Virus record (IMG/VR): IMGVR_UViG_3300044609_001498
Reading direction: 5' to 3' (one strand)
DNA: 64,000 bases
From: an uncultured virus (IMG/VR IMGVR_UViG_3300044609_001498)
Lineage: Duplodnaviria; Heunggongvirae; Uroviricota; Caudoviricetes
A model generated the notes under the pieces. The model did not search any database. It saw only the letters and a list, made by a program, of their open reading frames with translations, and was not told where the DNA came from. Position 1 is the stretch's first letter; the number at the start of each line of letters is the position of its first letter. The position numbers and the translations under genes are program-made. Below are positions 49,457 to 58,318 of this stretch, in pieces.

Positions 49457-50520
49457 TATGTAAAGTTTTGTACATATGATCCAAAGTACTTAGATCCATC
49501 ATAAACAAAAGTGTAAACATCGTATCTGCTGGCTGTTGCTGTCATAGTAGGCGTAGATGCACCAGCCCAAGCCACGGTTACAGGCCATGTAATCGTATAA
49601 GATCCTTCTGCGTTTTGTCTTATAATAAGAATATATGTGGCACCAGCATTTGGGTTACTGAAAGTAAATGTTGTAGTTGCTGCGTTTAATGTAAATGTCT
49701 GTATATTACTATCATTCCAATTGACAGTGGTGCTTGCCGAGGTGTTACCGTTAGCATCAGCCGTTACCCAAGCTTGTCCGTTGATCTGTATGTTTCCTGA
49801 ATATGGAGAACTGAATGATGTACCACTTGTCCCAGACGATCCTGAAGATCCTGAAGATCCAGATGAACCTGAAGAACCTGAAGAACCACTTGAACCCGAG
49901 CTTCCTGAACTACCTGATGAACCGCTTGTTCCTGAAGAACCGCTAGAACCATCTGTACCGCTAGTTCCTGATGAACCTGATGAACCACTAGATCCTGAAG
50001 AACCAGATGTCCCGGAAGATCCCGAAGAACCTGAAGTTCCACTAGATCCTGAAGAACCTGAAGTTCCTGAAGAACCAGAAGAACCTGAAGTTCCTGAAGA
50101 TCCCGAAGAACCTGAAGTTCCACTAGATCCTGAAGAACCTGAAGTTCCTGAAGAACCAGAAGAACCTGAAGTTCCTGAAGAACCAGATGTTCCTGAACTA
50201 CCACTAGATCCTGAAGAACCTGAAGTTCCTGAAGAACCAGAAGAACCTGAAGTTCCTGAAGAACCAGATGTTCCTGAACTACCACTAAGACCAGAAGAAC
50301 CGGACAAACCTGGCGAACCAGACAGAGCTACAGTCCATGAACTATAAGTACCCGATCCATTTACCTGAATAGGAGTAAAAACAAGATTTCCGGTATTTGG
50401 ATTATAGCTGACAACTCTTCCGATGATATAATTGTTTTCATCATGTGACAACTGTATGAAATCAAGCGGTTGAAATAAAAGATATGAATCAGTAATAAGC
50501 GAAATATCAGAATATGGCAT
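49456..50520 (-). CDS. Gly-Ser-Ser/Gly-Thr-Ser repeat fibre protein
   Basis: Long GSS/GTS triplet tract; C-terminal fibre-type domain (TFTFSNP..ITWP..V.W..YDVYTF.YDG). Confidence 0.75.
   Translation of the reverse strand: MPYSDISLITDSYLLFQPLDFIQLSHDENNYIIGRVVSYNPNTGNLVFTPIQVNGSGTYSSWTVALSGSPGLSGSSGLSGSSGTSGSSGTSGSSGSSGTSGSSGSSGSSGTSGSSGTSGSSGSSGTSGSSGSSGTSGSSGSSGTSGSSGSSGTSGSSGSSGTSGSSGSSGTSGSSGSSGSSGSSGTSGTDGSSGSSGTSGSSGSSGSSGSSGSSGSSGSSGSSGSSGSSGTSGTSFSSPYSGNIQINGQAWVTADANGNTSASTTVNWNDSNIQTFTLNAATTTFTFSNPNAGATYILIIRQNAEGSYTITWPVTVAWAGASTPTMTATASRYDVYTFVYDGSKYFGSYVQNFT
50015..50287. repeat. 81-bp tandem repeat (about 3.3 copies) within 9-bp-periodic GSS/GTS coding tract
   Basis: ccacta anchors recur at 50039, 50120, 50201 and 50282. 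Confidence 0.85.
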
Positions 50521-50528
50521 GTTTCTTC

Positions 50529-51086
50529 TTATGTTGGTATTGTTATGGTATTACCACTTGTTCCGTGATAATCAGGAGCTATTCCACTAGTTCCAGCAGA
50601 ACCAGATGATCCAGAGGAAGTACTAGAAGACATATTATTAAATCTAGTAGCTTTAATGTTTCCAATCCAAAGACATGTGATGTAAACATTATCAGAATTC
50701 CCAGCAGAATCTAGTGAAGTTAACCTAATGTCTGCTAATAATTTACCAGTCATTGCATACAGAGTTAAACTCCCAGGAATACAAAAACTTAAGATTCCAT
50801 CTACATCATCTACAGTGAGGGGCTGATCTAATTCAGATCCTATCAATCTAGGATCTGAAAAAATCCCTACTGTATTTCCACCAATATCAGTTACAACAAC
50901 TTGAATTAGATCAAAGTTTGCTAAATTAGCTCTTTCTAGATTTGCGTCGTAAATTTGAATAGAAAAGCAGGGAGATTCTCCCTGCACTATGTCCACTATG
51001 CAATCTACAAACGCTCCGTATTTTCCGCACATTGAAGGTGCAGCACATCCGGTTGCAGATTTTAAAAGTGAAGCAATAGTCGCCAT
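50529..51086 (-). CDS. putative baseplate/fibre-anchor protein
   Basis: IVQGE N-terminal beta domain (BppU-like by eye), short Ser/Gly tract. Confidence 0.55.
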   Translation of the reverse strand: MATIASLLKSATGCAAPSMCGKYGAFVDCIVDIVQGESPCFSIQIYDANLERANLANFDLIQVVVTDIGGNTVGIFSDPRLIGSELDQPLTVDDVDGILSFCIPGSLTLYAMTGKLLADIRLTSLDSAGNSDNVYITCLWIGNIKATRFNNMSSSTSSGSSGSAGTSGIAPDYHGTSGNTITIPT

Positions 51087-51087
51087 T

Positions 51088-51387
51088 TTATTTTTTATTT
51101 TTCTGTAGAGATTCGATCTCTTTTTCTATTTCAAATTGTCTGTTTACGTCCATCAACTTTCTATCAGTAGCTTGAATAAGTCTTTTTTCAACCTTTAAAC
51201 CTTCAATTTGAAGATCCTTTTTACTGATAGCTTTTTGATCTAGAGAATCAATTTTAGCTGATAGAGTTTCCACTCTTTTACGAAGAGGCTTAGCATCATC
51301 TCCGCATGTTTGAACAAAAATCAAAATCAAAAAAACAGCTACGAGTTTTTGAAAGTGTTTGTTTAGAAAATTTTCTATTTTATTCAT
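51088..51387 (-). CDS. membrane-anchored coiled-coil protein, possible lipoprotein
   Basis: LVAVFLILIFVQTC followed by a coiled coil. Confidence 0.6.
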   Translation of the reverse strand: MNKIENFLNKHFQKLVAVFLILIFVQTCGDDAKPLRKRVETLSAKIDSLDQKAISKKDLQIEGLKVEKRLIQATDRKLMDVNRQFEIEKEIESLQKNKK

Positions 51388-51390
51388 AGT

Positions 51391-51894
51391 TTAAAAATTA
51401 GATAGTTTTTTATATTCGTCATACCATTCTTCAAATGTCATGTCATTTATCCCATAAACATAAACCGATGTTGACGGCCAGTCATATGATCTACCTTTAG
51501 AAAAGTAAAAATAGCCTTTACCTCTATTCAATATTTCTTCTACATTTTTACTCTTTAAAAAAGCGTTCACTTGAGCAACAGACTTGGGGTAAGAATCTAG
51601 CCTTGATGATCCATCATCTACAAACTGTTCAAAGGTTTTAACGTAGTTTTCTTCTACTTCTACCTTTTTAGTGTTTGGTATTCTGTATGCATTTACTGTG
51701 CTATAGTAGTCATCTTCTGGGCAAGAACAATATTTTACTTTATTGCCGCAACGTGGGCAAGTTCCCTGTTTTTTCTTGTCCCAACGGGAAATCATCTCTT
51801 CCGCATTTTTGTCTACTGGTGGTTCTTCGCCTGCAGACTTCTTCTTCATAAAAGTATTAAGAAGTTCTTGTTCGTTCTCGTTGATTTCGGACAT
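51391..51894 (-). CDS. hypothetical protein with Cys4 motif
   Basis: CPRC..CSC; internal YVKTFEQF; TATAAATA upstream. Confidence 0.65.
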   Translation of the reverse strand: MSEINENEQELLNTFMKKKSAGEEPPVDKNAEEMISRWDKKKQGTCPRCGNKVKYCSCPEDDYYSTVNAYRIPNTKKVEVEENYVKTFEQFVDDGSSRLDSYPKSVAQVNAFLKSKNVEEILNRGKGYFYFSKGRSYDWPSTSVYVYGINDMTFEEWYDEYKKLSNF

Positions 51895-51906
51895 TACAAA
51901 TTTTTT

Positions 51907-52659
51907 TTATTTGTTATTTATATATTCGGAAACCTCGACAGGAAATTTAGAATGAAAGCCTTTTACTAATTCGATGAATTTTGTATAGTATTCTTTAATA
52001 GCCGATTGATCCATTGTAAAGATTTGTGGAAAATGATCTTGTTCATTACTGATCCAAATTTCTGCTCTTTGGGGTTTAATTCCAAACATTTCCCAATAAG
52101 CTACAAAATATGCACTGATTTGCATTTTATATCCTTCTATCCACTCTTCTTTCTTTGGTTTTTTACTTGTCTTATAATCTGCTATGACTATACTTGAATC
52201 CAAAGATTCGTAAATATCATCTACTCTACCTGCATATCCTCCGCCGTTAAGCGAGAATAACATTTCTTCGTGCATTACTACTCTTTTAATGACATCGAAA
52301 TGACCTCCGTTATAAAAATTGAAAAAAAGCATTCTACCGACTTTTATTTCATCTTCAGTAAAATTATTTCTTCTTGCATATGTAGTAGTAACTTCTAAAG
52401 AATCTAACAGTTTATCTCTCTTTTCTTCTTTTTCAGATGTTAAAAAATTTTCTATATACGTATGCATTAGAGTGCCTCGATTGGCACTAAATTTTGAAAT
52501 TTTGTCTGCTTCTTCTTCTCCTATTCTTTTTCTCCATTGTTCAAGACCGGTTTTATCAGTCATTGAACCTATAATAGTAGTTACTGAAGGTAAATAGATT
52601 AGATTGTTTTCGTCAACAACATAATATCTCTTGTTGTTAATACTTACGGTCTTTCCCAT
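51907..52659 (-). CDS. PD-(D/E)xK exonuclease (Cas4/RecB-like phage nuclease)
   Basis: LPSVTTI, RGTLMH, YAGRVD, ADYKTS, QISAY. Confidence 0.9.
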   Translation of the reverse strand: MGKTVSINNKRYYVVDENNLIYLPSVTTIIGSMTDKTGLEQWRKRIGEEEADKISKFSANRGTLMHTYIENFLTSEKEEKRDKLLDSLEVTTTYARRNNFTEDEIKVGRMLFFNFYNGGHFDVIKRVVMHEEMLFSLNGGGYAGRVDDIYESLDSSIVIADYKTSKKPKKEEWIEGYKMQISAYFVAYWEMFGIKPQRAEIWISNEQDHFPQIFTMDQSAIKEYYTKFIELVKGFHSKFPVEVSEYINNK

Positions 52660-53069
52660 TAAATATATTTAGAAAGATAGAGAGTCCAGAAAAAATAGAG
52701 ACAAGTAATTACAGATCCAGTGATAAGAAGATTAAAGATGAATCTTGACCAGTTTAAATAATCTGATTCGGGATAAAGAACAAGTAAATAGGCAGCTTCC
52801 CCTTCAATTTTTGAAAATTCAGGATAAACAACATCAGCTAATCCTAGGGATATTAACATTTTGTCATACTCTCTCAATTGAGAAATTACATAAGTCTGTT
52901 CTAAATAGGGATTTTCGATAATCTCATCAGGCAGATTTACTACCGTGTACATTCTACCAACCCAATCGACTCTTAAATTATTCTCTTCGAGGAGATTTTG
53001 ATTTCTGCGAGCGATTCTTCGAACCATTCTCCATATCGAGATTTCTTTAAAGAAATTTATCCAGTACAT
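52659..53069 (-). CDS. hypothetical membrane protein
   Basis: LRVDWVGRMYTVVNLP; C-terminal TM. Confidence 0.7.
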   Translation of the reverse strand: MYWINFFKEISIWRMVRRIARRNQNLLEENNLRVDWVGRMYTVVNLPDEIIENPYLEQTYVISQLREYDKMLISLGLADVVYPEFSKIEGEAAYLLVLYPESDYLNWSRFIFNLLITGSVITCLYFFWTLYLSKYI

Positions 53070-53105
53070 AACCTTTCTTTTTTATAGAAAGAAAGAGCAT
53101 AAAGT

Positions 53106-53576
53106 TTACATCTCAAAGAAGTCTGCGTCTTCTTGCAGAACTTCTTTATAATAAGATTCTTTAGCTCTTAAATCTCTTAGAGCTTCTATCAACTGATTTT
53201 TAACTTTTTGTCTTTCAGTTACTCTGTCTTTAGACATTGTGATAAAAGTCTTTTGAAGATCTGTAAATTTGCTTATAGATTTAGTGTAGTCTTCGAATGC
53301 GGCGGTTAAAGCACCTTCTATGAAACCTTCACCTATCATTGGTGAAAATTCGCCGGAAAAAAAATTAGTAACTTCTTCAATGTCATCTTTAGATGTGGCA
53401 ATATGATCAGATGCCCAATCATGACCGTTCGCTAATATTGCGGCAACTTGATCTTCTGGGAGAGATAAAAGCATATTTACGTCTTTCTGAATCGTTTTAA
53501 GATTTCCAAAGAACATATAGTGAGGAGCTTCACCTGAATCACCTTCTTTAATGTATTCTTGAAACTTCTTGAGCAT
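53106..53576 (-). CDS. putative internal virion protein
   Basis: N-terminal MLKKFQEYIKE; YMFF.NL..GHDWASDHI; GATATATA upstream. Confidence 0.55.
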   Translation of the reverse strand: MLKKFQEYIKEGDSGEAPHYMFFGNLKTIQKDVNMLLSLPEDQVAAILANGHDWASDHIATSKDDIEEVTNFFSGEFSPMIGEGFIEGALTAAFEDYTKSISKFTDLQKTFITMSKDRVTERQKVKNQLIEALRDLRAKESYYKEVLQEDADFFEM

Positions 53577-53590
53577 AATTTTTATTTTTT

Positions 53591-54331
53591 TTATATATCT
53601 TCGCGCACACAGAAGATAGGATGATTGCCTAGAATTTCTTGGATAATCTTCCTCCCTCTATGTATTCTATTTTTAACAGTTTGAAGATTTATAAGAGAAG
53701 ATTTTAGTTTCTTCAGAGCATATTTTCTCTCATCCTCAGTTAAATTGGAATCTTCTTCTATCTCTTTGATTTTTTCAAAGATTGGATTGTTTATCTTTGC
53801 TTCAATATCTTGATACGCCATTTTTCCAAAGAAACGATCCATCATTATCTGGCGATATTTTGGCTTCAGAGAGTTTATTGCATCTACGCAAATATTATAT
53901 TTTTTCTGTAGATTTTCTTCTTTTTCTAGATGCTCTTTTTCTACATTTGTTTGTTGATAAGACTCGTCTATACTCAAAGATTTTCCCCCAAATCTTTTTA
54001 GATCATCACTATCAATAGCTTCATATCCTTTATCTGCAAAAGCGTTCAAAGAAGTAAAAGAGTTACGATAATAAATGAAATGAATTGCGTCATTTTTAGC
54101 TATTCGATAGAGCCAAGTTGTAACTTCATATTGGGGATTATAAGTGTCTATTAAGGTGTATAATTTAGTTAGAGTATCTGATACGATATCATTGGCAGCT
54201 TCTCTATCTTTAACGATATTATAGATGTAGTTTGTCAAACCGGGTTTGATACGAGCATAGAGCTTGTTGAATGTCTTTTCGTCTTTTGTTTCCTTAAAAT
54301 GTATTGCCAGTTGCCGGTAGGTTTCGTTCAT
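53591..54331 (-). CDS. ECF-like sigma-70 factor
   Basis: Region 2 DIVSDTL..TTWLYRIAKN; region 4 LKPKYRQI..TVKNRIHRGR with an insertion. Confidence 0.9.
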   Translation of the reverse strand: MNETYRQLAIHFKETKDEKTFNKLYARIKPGLTNYIYNIVKDREAANDIVSDTLTKLYTLIDTYNPQYEVTTWLYRIAKNDAIHFIYYRNSFTSLNAFADKGYEAIDSDDLKRFGGKSLSIDESYQQTNVEKEHLEKEENLQKKYNICVDAINSLKPKYRQIMMDRFFGKMAYQDIEAKINNPIFEKIKEIEEDSNLTEDERKYALKKLKSSLINLQTVKNRIHRGRKIIQEILGNHPIFCVREDI

Positions 54332-54858
54332 TTTCTATTTTCTTCAAATTCTTTAACAAAGTCTAATATTGCGTTTATTTCTACCGGATAATAGTCCCAA
54401 AGTTCTACAGAACAATTTACTCTTCTGGAAAGAGTAAGATCTGTTTTAATTTCTGATTTTCCGCCATGTAGGTGTATAGTCCCTGAATCCTTTCCATTCC
54501 AATCTTCTTGTGGATAGTGAGACATTACGATTCCATATTTAGGCAATTCTACGATTTTATCTTTAGCTAATGTAAGATGATTTTTAGCTATACTAGATAG
54601 TTCAACTGAAGCTTTATCGTTTTGAGTTGGAATTAAGATTATCTTTCCATTTAGTAACTGTAAATACTCAGATCCTATAAGAGGATCCCATATAAAATTT
54701 CCTAAATGATAAACTGTATCTTCGCTTTTAACTTTAGAGTTCCAACGTCTAACAAAATCTTGGTTCATTTCTTCTATAGAAGAATATGACCTATTGTTAA
54801 TCTTTAGGATATTCGTTCTTCCAATAAAATGATCCGAGGTCACGTATGTTTGCGACAT
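54328..54858 (-). CDS. metallophosphoesterase-like protein (degenerate)
   Basis: TSDH, WNSKV..D.VYHLGNF, SHYP, HLHG; GNHD replaced by QND. Confidence 0.75.
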   Translation of the reverse strand: MSQTYVTSDHFIGRTNILKINNRSYSSIEEMNQDFVRRWNSKVKSEDTVYHLGNFIWDPLIGSEYLQLLNGKIILIPTQNDKASVELSSIAKNHLTLAKDKIVELPKYGIVMSHYPQEDWNGKDSGTIHLHGGKSEIKTDLTLSRRVNCSVELWDYYPVEINAILDFVKEFEENRK

Positions 54859-54939
54859 ATTTATTTAAGGTAGTAATAAAGTTTAATAATAAAATATAAT
54901 CAAAATGGACGAGAATGAAAAGTCTAGATTGAACTATTT

Positions 54940-55074
54940 TCAACATTTTTCCTTTCTGTTCTCTAGATAGATTTCATAATCATTTCTAGTCATCCAGTGA
55001 GTATCGCCATTCGGCGACATGCACAAAAAACCTTCTGAAGTTTCCTTTAGAATTGTAATATTCCAGCTTGTCAT
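54940..55074 (-). CDS. small hypothetical protein, 44 aa (not in ORF track)
   Basis: MTSWNITILKETSEGFLCMSPNGDTHWMTRNDYEIYLENRKEKC*; ATGA overlap with the upstream gene. Confidence 0.55.
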   Translation of the reverse strand: MTSWNITILKETSEGFLCMSPNGDTHWMTRNDYEIYLENRKEKC

Positions 55075-56042
55075 AGTTTGTCTTCTATATAATCCGCAAG
55101 TAATTGAGGAAAATCTAAGTCCTGAATTTCAGAAAAATAGTGATACTGTGGAGAGCTGTTCACTTCCATTATGTACCATTTTTTATCATCTTTCGACTGT
55201 ATTAAATCTACACCAGCCATCTGTTTTCTGGTGGTTTGAGCTGCAGCTAGTGCAAGATCTTTTTCTTTTTGGGGAAGGTCTTCCATCTTTCCCTTTCCGC
55301 CTAAAGACATATTATTTCTGAACTCCTTTTTGTCTTCAGTCCAACGCTTTGCGATAGCTATAATCTTCCCATCAAAAATAAGAACTCTATAATCTCCATC
55401 GTTTGGAATAAACTTTTGGATCATTTTAAAGCTTTCAAAGTTTCCTTGGTGTTTTTCATCAGAAATGCCGAAAAGCTTTTTTAGTTCTTTTTCATCATCG
55501 GCTTTACTAACTCCTGCTCCGCCTGCACTATCCATATCTTTAACAACTACTGGAAAATCCCATTTGTTATTTTTCATATAGTTTAATGATTCTTCAAATG
55601 AAGCAGAAACGAAAGTTGGAATATAAGGGAGACCTTCTCTTGAAAGATTCCACATATCTTCAAGCTTGTTTCCCCTGTCTCTAGGAGTTCCATAGGAAAA
55701 ATAAGGAATATTTTTATCTTTTAAATAATCGGTTACGATATTAGCTAACTCCATTTTTTTGGCCATCAAGCCTAAAAATACAAAGTCGAATGAAGATAGA
55801 GACTCTTCGTTTACGAATAGATCCGAGTTCGAAAAAACGAGATCAGAATACTCTGCGTTAACTGGTGTAAATCCCTTTTCTTTCAGCTTACTAGCCAAAA
55901 TATTATTTGCTCTTCTGTAACCGTCTGCATATTTCTTTTCTGTTCCTTCAGCAGAAACACTATCAACCATAAAATTCAAGACTAGAATTCTAGGACTTTT
56001 TTCTTCTCGAATAAATTCTTCGAACAGCTTAATCTTATTCAT
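55071..56042 (-). CDS. RimK-family ATP-grasp ligase
   Basis: FPVVVK..GGAGV, IQKFI..DYRV, FRNN.SLGG, GVDLI, MEVNSSP; likely start MNKIKLFEEF at 56042. Confidence 0.9.
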   Translation of the reverse strand: MNKIKLFEEFIREEKSPRILVLNFMVDSVSAEGTEKKYADGYRRANNILASKLKEKGFTPVNAEYSDLVFSNSDLFVNEESLSSFDFVFLGLMAKKMELANIVTDYLKDKNIPYFSYGTPRDRGNKLEDMWNLSREGLPYIPTFVSASFEESLNYMKNNKWDFPVVVKDMDSAGGAGVSKADDEKELKKLFGISDEKHQGNFESFKMIQKFIPNDGDYRVLIFDGKIIAIAKRWTEDKKEFRNNMSLGGKGKMEDLPQKEKDLALAAAQTTRKQMAGVDLIQSKDDKKWYIMEVNSSPQYHYFSEIQDLDFPQLLADYIEDKL

Positions 56043-57525
56043 CTTCGTCCTCCACATCATTGTCTACAGATATACCAGCATGTTTGTCTCCTTTAGCATC
56101 GACTGCATTAAAGTTTTTATCTACTGAAGAAATGTTAGTAATATAGAATTCTCTATCAGGATTTACCATGATACCAGCTCTTTCCATAAATTTTCTATTT
56201 GCAAGAAAAGGAGTGCTTTTACCTGATCTATCGACTGGACTTACTTCAACATCTCTAAGAACTTTACCACCTACACTGATATCGATAAGCATAATAGGTC
56301 TTTTGAATGTATGCTTTCCAACTTCAGCTTTTGAATATCCTATGATCTGATTCTTATAAGTTTTACCTTTCAATTTCCAAATTAAAGTATCTCCTTCTAT
56401 TTCGTAAGAATCGACATGCATCGAACTACTCTTAGAACCGTTTCCGGTATCGAATTTAGCTACAAATTTTCCTACTCCATGAATATCGATAATTTCTCTA
56501 AAACCTGTTTCAAATCTGTCCATCATCCAATTTCCTTGGTCTTGAAGAAAATCAAGAACTTTTCCAGTCACAGAAATTCCAGTTGTTTTTTCGATACCTT
56601 TCGTTCCAGGTGAAGAGTTTACTTCAAGAACATAAGGCTTTCCTGTCTTTTTGTCGATGATAATATCTACACCACACCAAACACATCCTACGATTTTAGC
56701 TGCTTTTTTGGCAATTTCTTCGATCTCTGGAGTTAGTTTAATTTTTTGTGTTGTTGCACCAAGAGAAAAATTAGTTCTAAAGTCTTTCTTTACTCTATTT
56801 CTCCTCATTGCTCCTATAATTTGAGAAGACTCTGGTGAATCATCTTCTGGATCAAAACTTCTATTTAAAACGTGTATTCTGATATCATAATCAGAAGGAA
56901 TCATTTCCTGAATCAGGATTTCTGCTCCCTTGTCCAGTTTCTTTAAAGTCTGATACACTGATTTTAGAGAGGCATAAGAATCTACTATCGAAACTCCAAC
57001 ACCTTGAGTGCCAGAAAGAAGTTTTACAACAACTGGAAATTTGCTTCCAACCTTTTTGATAGCTTCATCTATGCTTTCATCATTTGGTAGAAGCGCAGTC
57101 TTAGGAACTGGAATACCCGCAGCTTCTAACTGTGCCCCTGCAAGATACTTATTTTCGCAGGTTTCCATAGATTGAATGTTATTCACGCAGAAAAATTTAG
57201 CTTTTTCTAAACTATACGCTAAATTTTTTGTAAATGTATTAGAGAGAACTCCTCTTCTACTGAGAACTACTGTTTCTGATCTATTAACCGTTGGGCCTTT
57301 GCCTGTTTCTGTATTTTCTATTTTAAACTTGTTATCATCAATCTTAACAAGTTTAGTTGAATTTACATCTACAACATATGCTTTGAATCCTCTCTTCTTT
57401 GCCTCTTCGACAAATCTTTCTGAGGTATCAGAAGACTTAGGTCTTGCAGTAAGAATTAATATTGTCTTATGTTCTGAAGCTCCTTCTGATAAGAAAGAGT
57501 CTAGATTTTTAATTTGTGGCATCAA
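56035..57525 (-). CDS. rimK: RimK-family ATP-grasp ligase fused to RimK-associated aspartic protease-like domain
   Basis: GTQGVGV, IQEMI..DIR, FRTNFSLG, GVDII, LEVNSSPG; C-terminal AKFDTGNG..DRS..FLANRKFM. Confidence 0.9.
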   Translation of the reverse strand: MMPQIKNLDSFLSEGASEHKTILILTARPKSSDTSERFVEEAKKRGFKAYVVDVNSTKLVKIDDNKFKIENTETGKGPTVNRSETVVLSRRGVLSNTFTKNLAYSLEKAKFFCVNNIQSMETCENKYLAGAQLEAAGIPVPKTALLPNDESIDEAIKKVGSKFPVVVKLLSGTQGVGVSIVDSYASLKSVYQTLKKLDKGAEILIQEMIPSDYDIRIHVLNRSFDPEDDSPESSQIIGAMRRNRVKKDFRTNFSLGATTQKIKLTPEIEEIAKKAAKIVGCVWCGVDIIIDKKTGKPYVLEVNSSPGTKGIEKTTGISVTGKVLDFLQDQGNWMMDRFETGFREIIDIHGVGKFVAKFDTGNGSKSSSMHVDSYEIEGDTLIWKLKGKTYKNQIIGYSKAEVGKHTFKRPIMLIDISVGGKVLRDVEVSPVDRSGKSTPFLANRKFMERAGIMVNPDREFYITNISSVDKNFNAVDAKGDKHAGISVDNDVEDEDE

Positions 57526-57538
57526 GGAGATATTTTTC

Positions 57539-57550
57539 TATTTATATATC
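57539..57550 (-). promoter_or_regulatory. T4-late-like promoter (GATATATAAATA); representative of the GATAWATA/TATAAATA motif
   Basis: Related motifs at 2863, 6646, 26072, 37948, 44589, 47426, 51915 and 53592, each 12-25 nt upstream of a start codon. Confidence 0.65.
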
Positions 57551-57562
57551 TCCTCGGAGTGT

Positions 57563-58318
57563 CTAATACCCACCCATAAAAAAAGGAGATGCTAAATATC
57601 CTACAGTTAGAGGTTTTTTAATCATCCAATGTGCTTTTTCTTTCTCTAAAATTTTAACTTTATAGTCTCTTGCAAATTTATTGACATCATGATTTACTGC
57701 AGGCCAATCATAATCGTCTCCTATTAAAATTCCACCCGGAGCTAGTATTCTCCATGCAGTAACTAATTCTATATAAGTTTCATACCATTCGTGAGCAGAA
57801 TCAAGATAGATTACACCCGGACCTCTATCAATTTTTTTATCTTCTCTAAATCTTTCAAGTAATCGCATTCCTACCATACTCGTAGTAGGGAGTGGTAAGA
57901 TAGTTTTTTCGAAACCTTCAGAAATTACATTTCCGAGGAATTTATCCATTAAAGTTGGTCTGCAACCATCTAGATCAAGATATATAGAATTTTTTGCAAT
58001 GAATCCTTGTTCTCTTTGATTTTTTAAAAAAATATTGTGTTCCCACATAGAAACATCTCCGCAAAAAGGGTCTATACATATAATTGATATGTCTTTCTTA
58101 AGACTATTTGCAACTTTAGCCGTTTTAATCGCAGAACCTCCAAACATGCTGCCAATTTCTAACCAAAAATTAGTATTAGTTTCTTCAATTGATTCTCGTA
58201 TTAAAGAAGAATAGATATTTGTCATTGGATAGTCTCTTTCAATGGGAAAATTAATTTTTTTCCATTCGGAATATGGATCAGAAGTGCCATATAGCAATCT
58301 TGACAAATCTTTATACAT
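57563..58318 (-). CDS. SAM-dependent methyltransferase (Methyltransf_24-like)
   Basis: LEIGSMFGGSA, CIDPF, IYLDSAH, GGILIGDDY.W; likely start 58318 overlapping the glf stop. Confidence 0.85.
   Translation of the reverse strand: MYKDLSRLLYGTSDPYSEWKKINFPIERDYPMTNIYSSLIRESIEETNTNFWLEIGSMFGGSAIKTAKVANSLKKDISIICIDPFCGDVSMWEHNIFLKNQREQGFIAKNSIYLDLDGCRPTLMDKFLGNVISEGFEKTILPLPTTSMVGMRLLERFREDKKIDRGPGVIYLDSAHEWYETYIELVTAWRILAPGGILIGDDYDWPAVNHDVNKFARDYKVKILEKEKAHWMIKKPLTVGYLASPFFMGGY

Noticed and set aside
50015..50287. Possible CRISPR array
   Set aside because: Tandem coding repeats without unique spacers; no cas operon (the Cas4-like gene at 51907 is a common stand-alone phage nuclease)
49637..50347. 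Plus-strand PEEPEV-repeat ORF (236 aa) and alternative-frame 49764..50285
   Set aside because: Shadows of the GSS/GTS repeat gene; periodic codons lack stops in other frames
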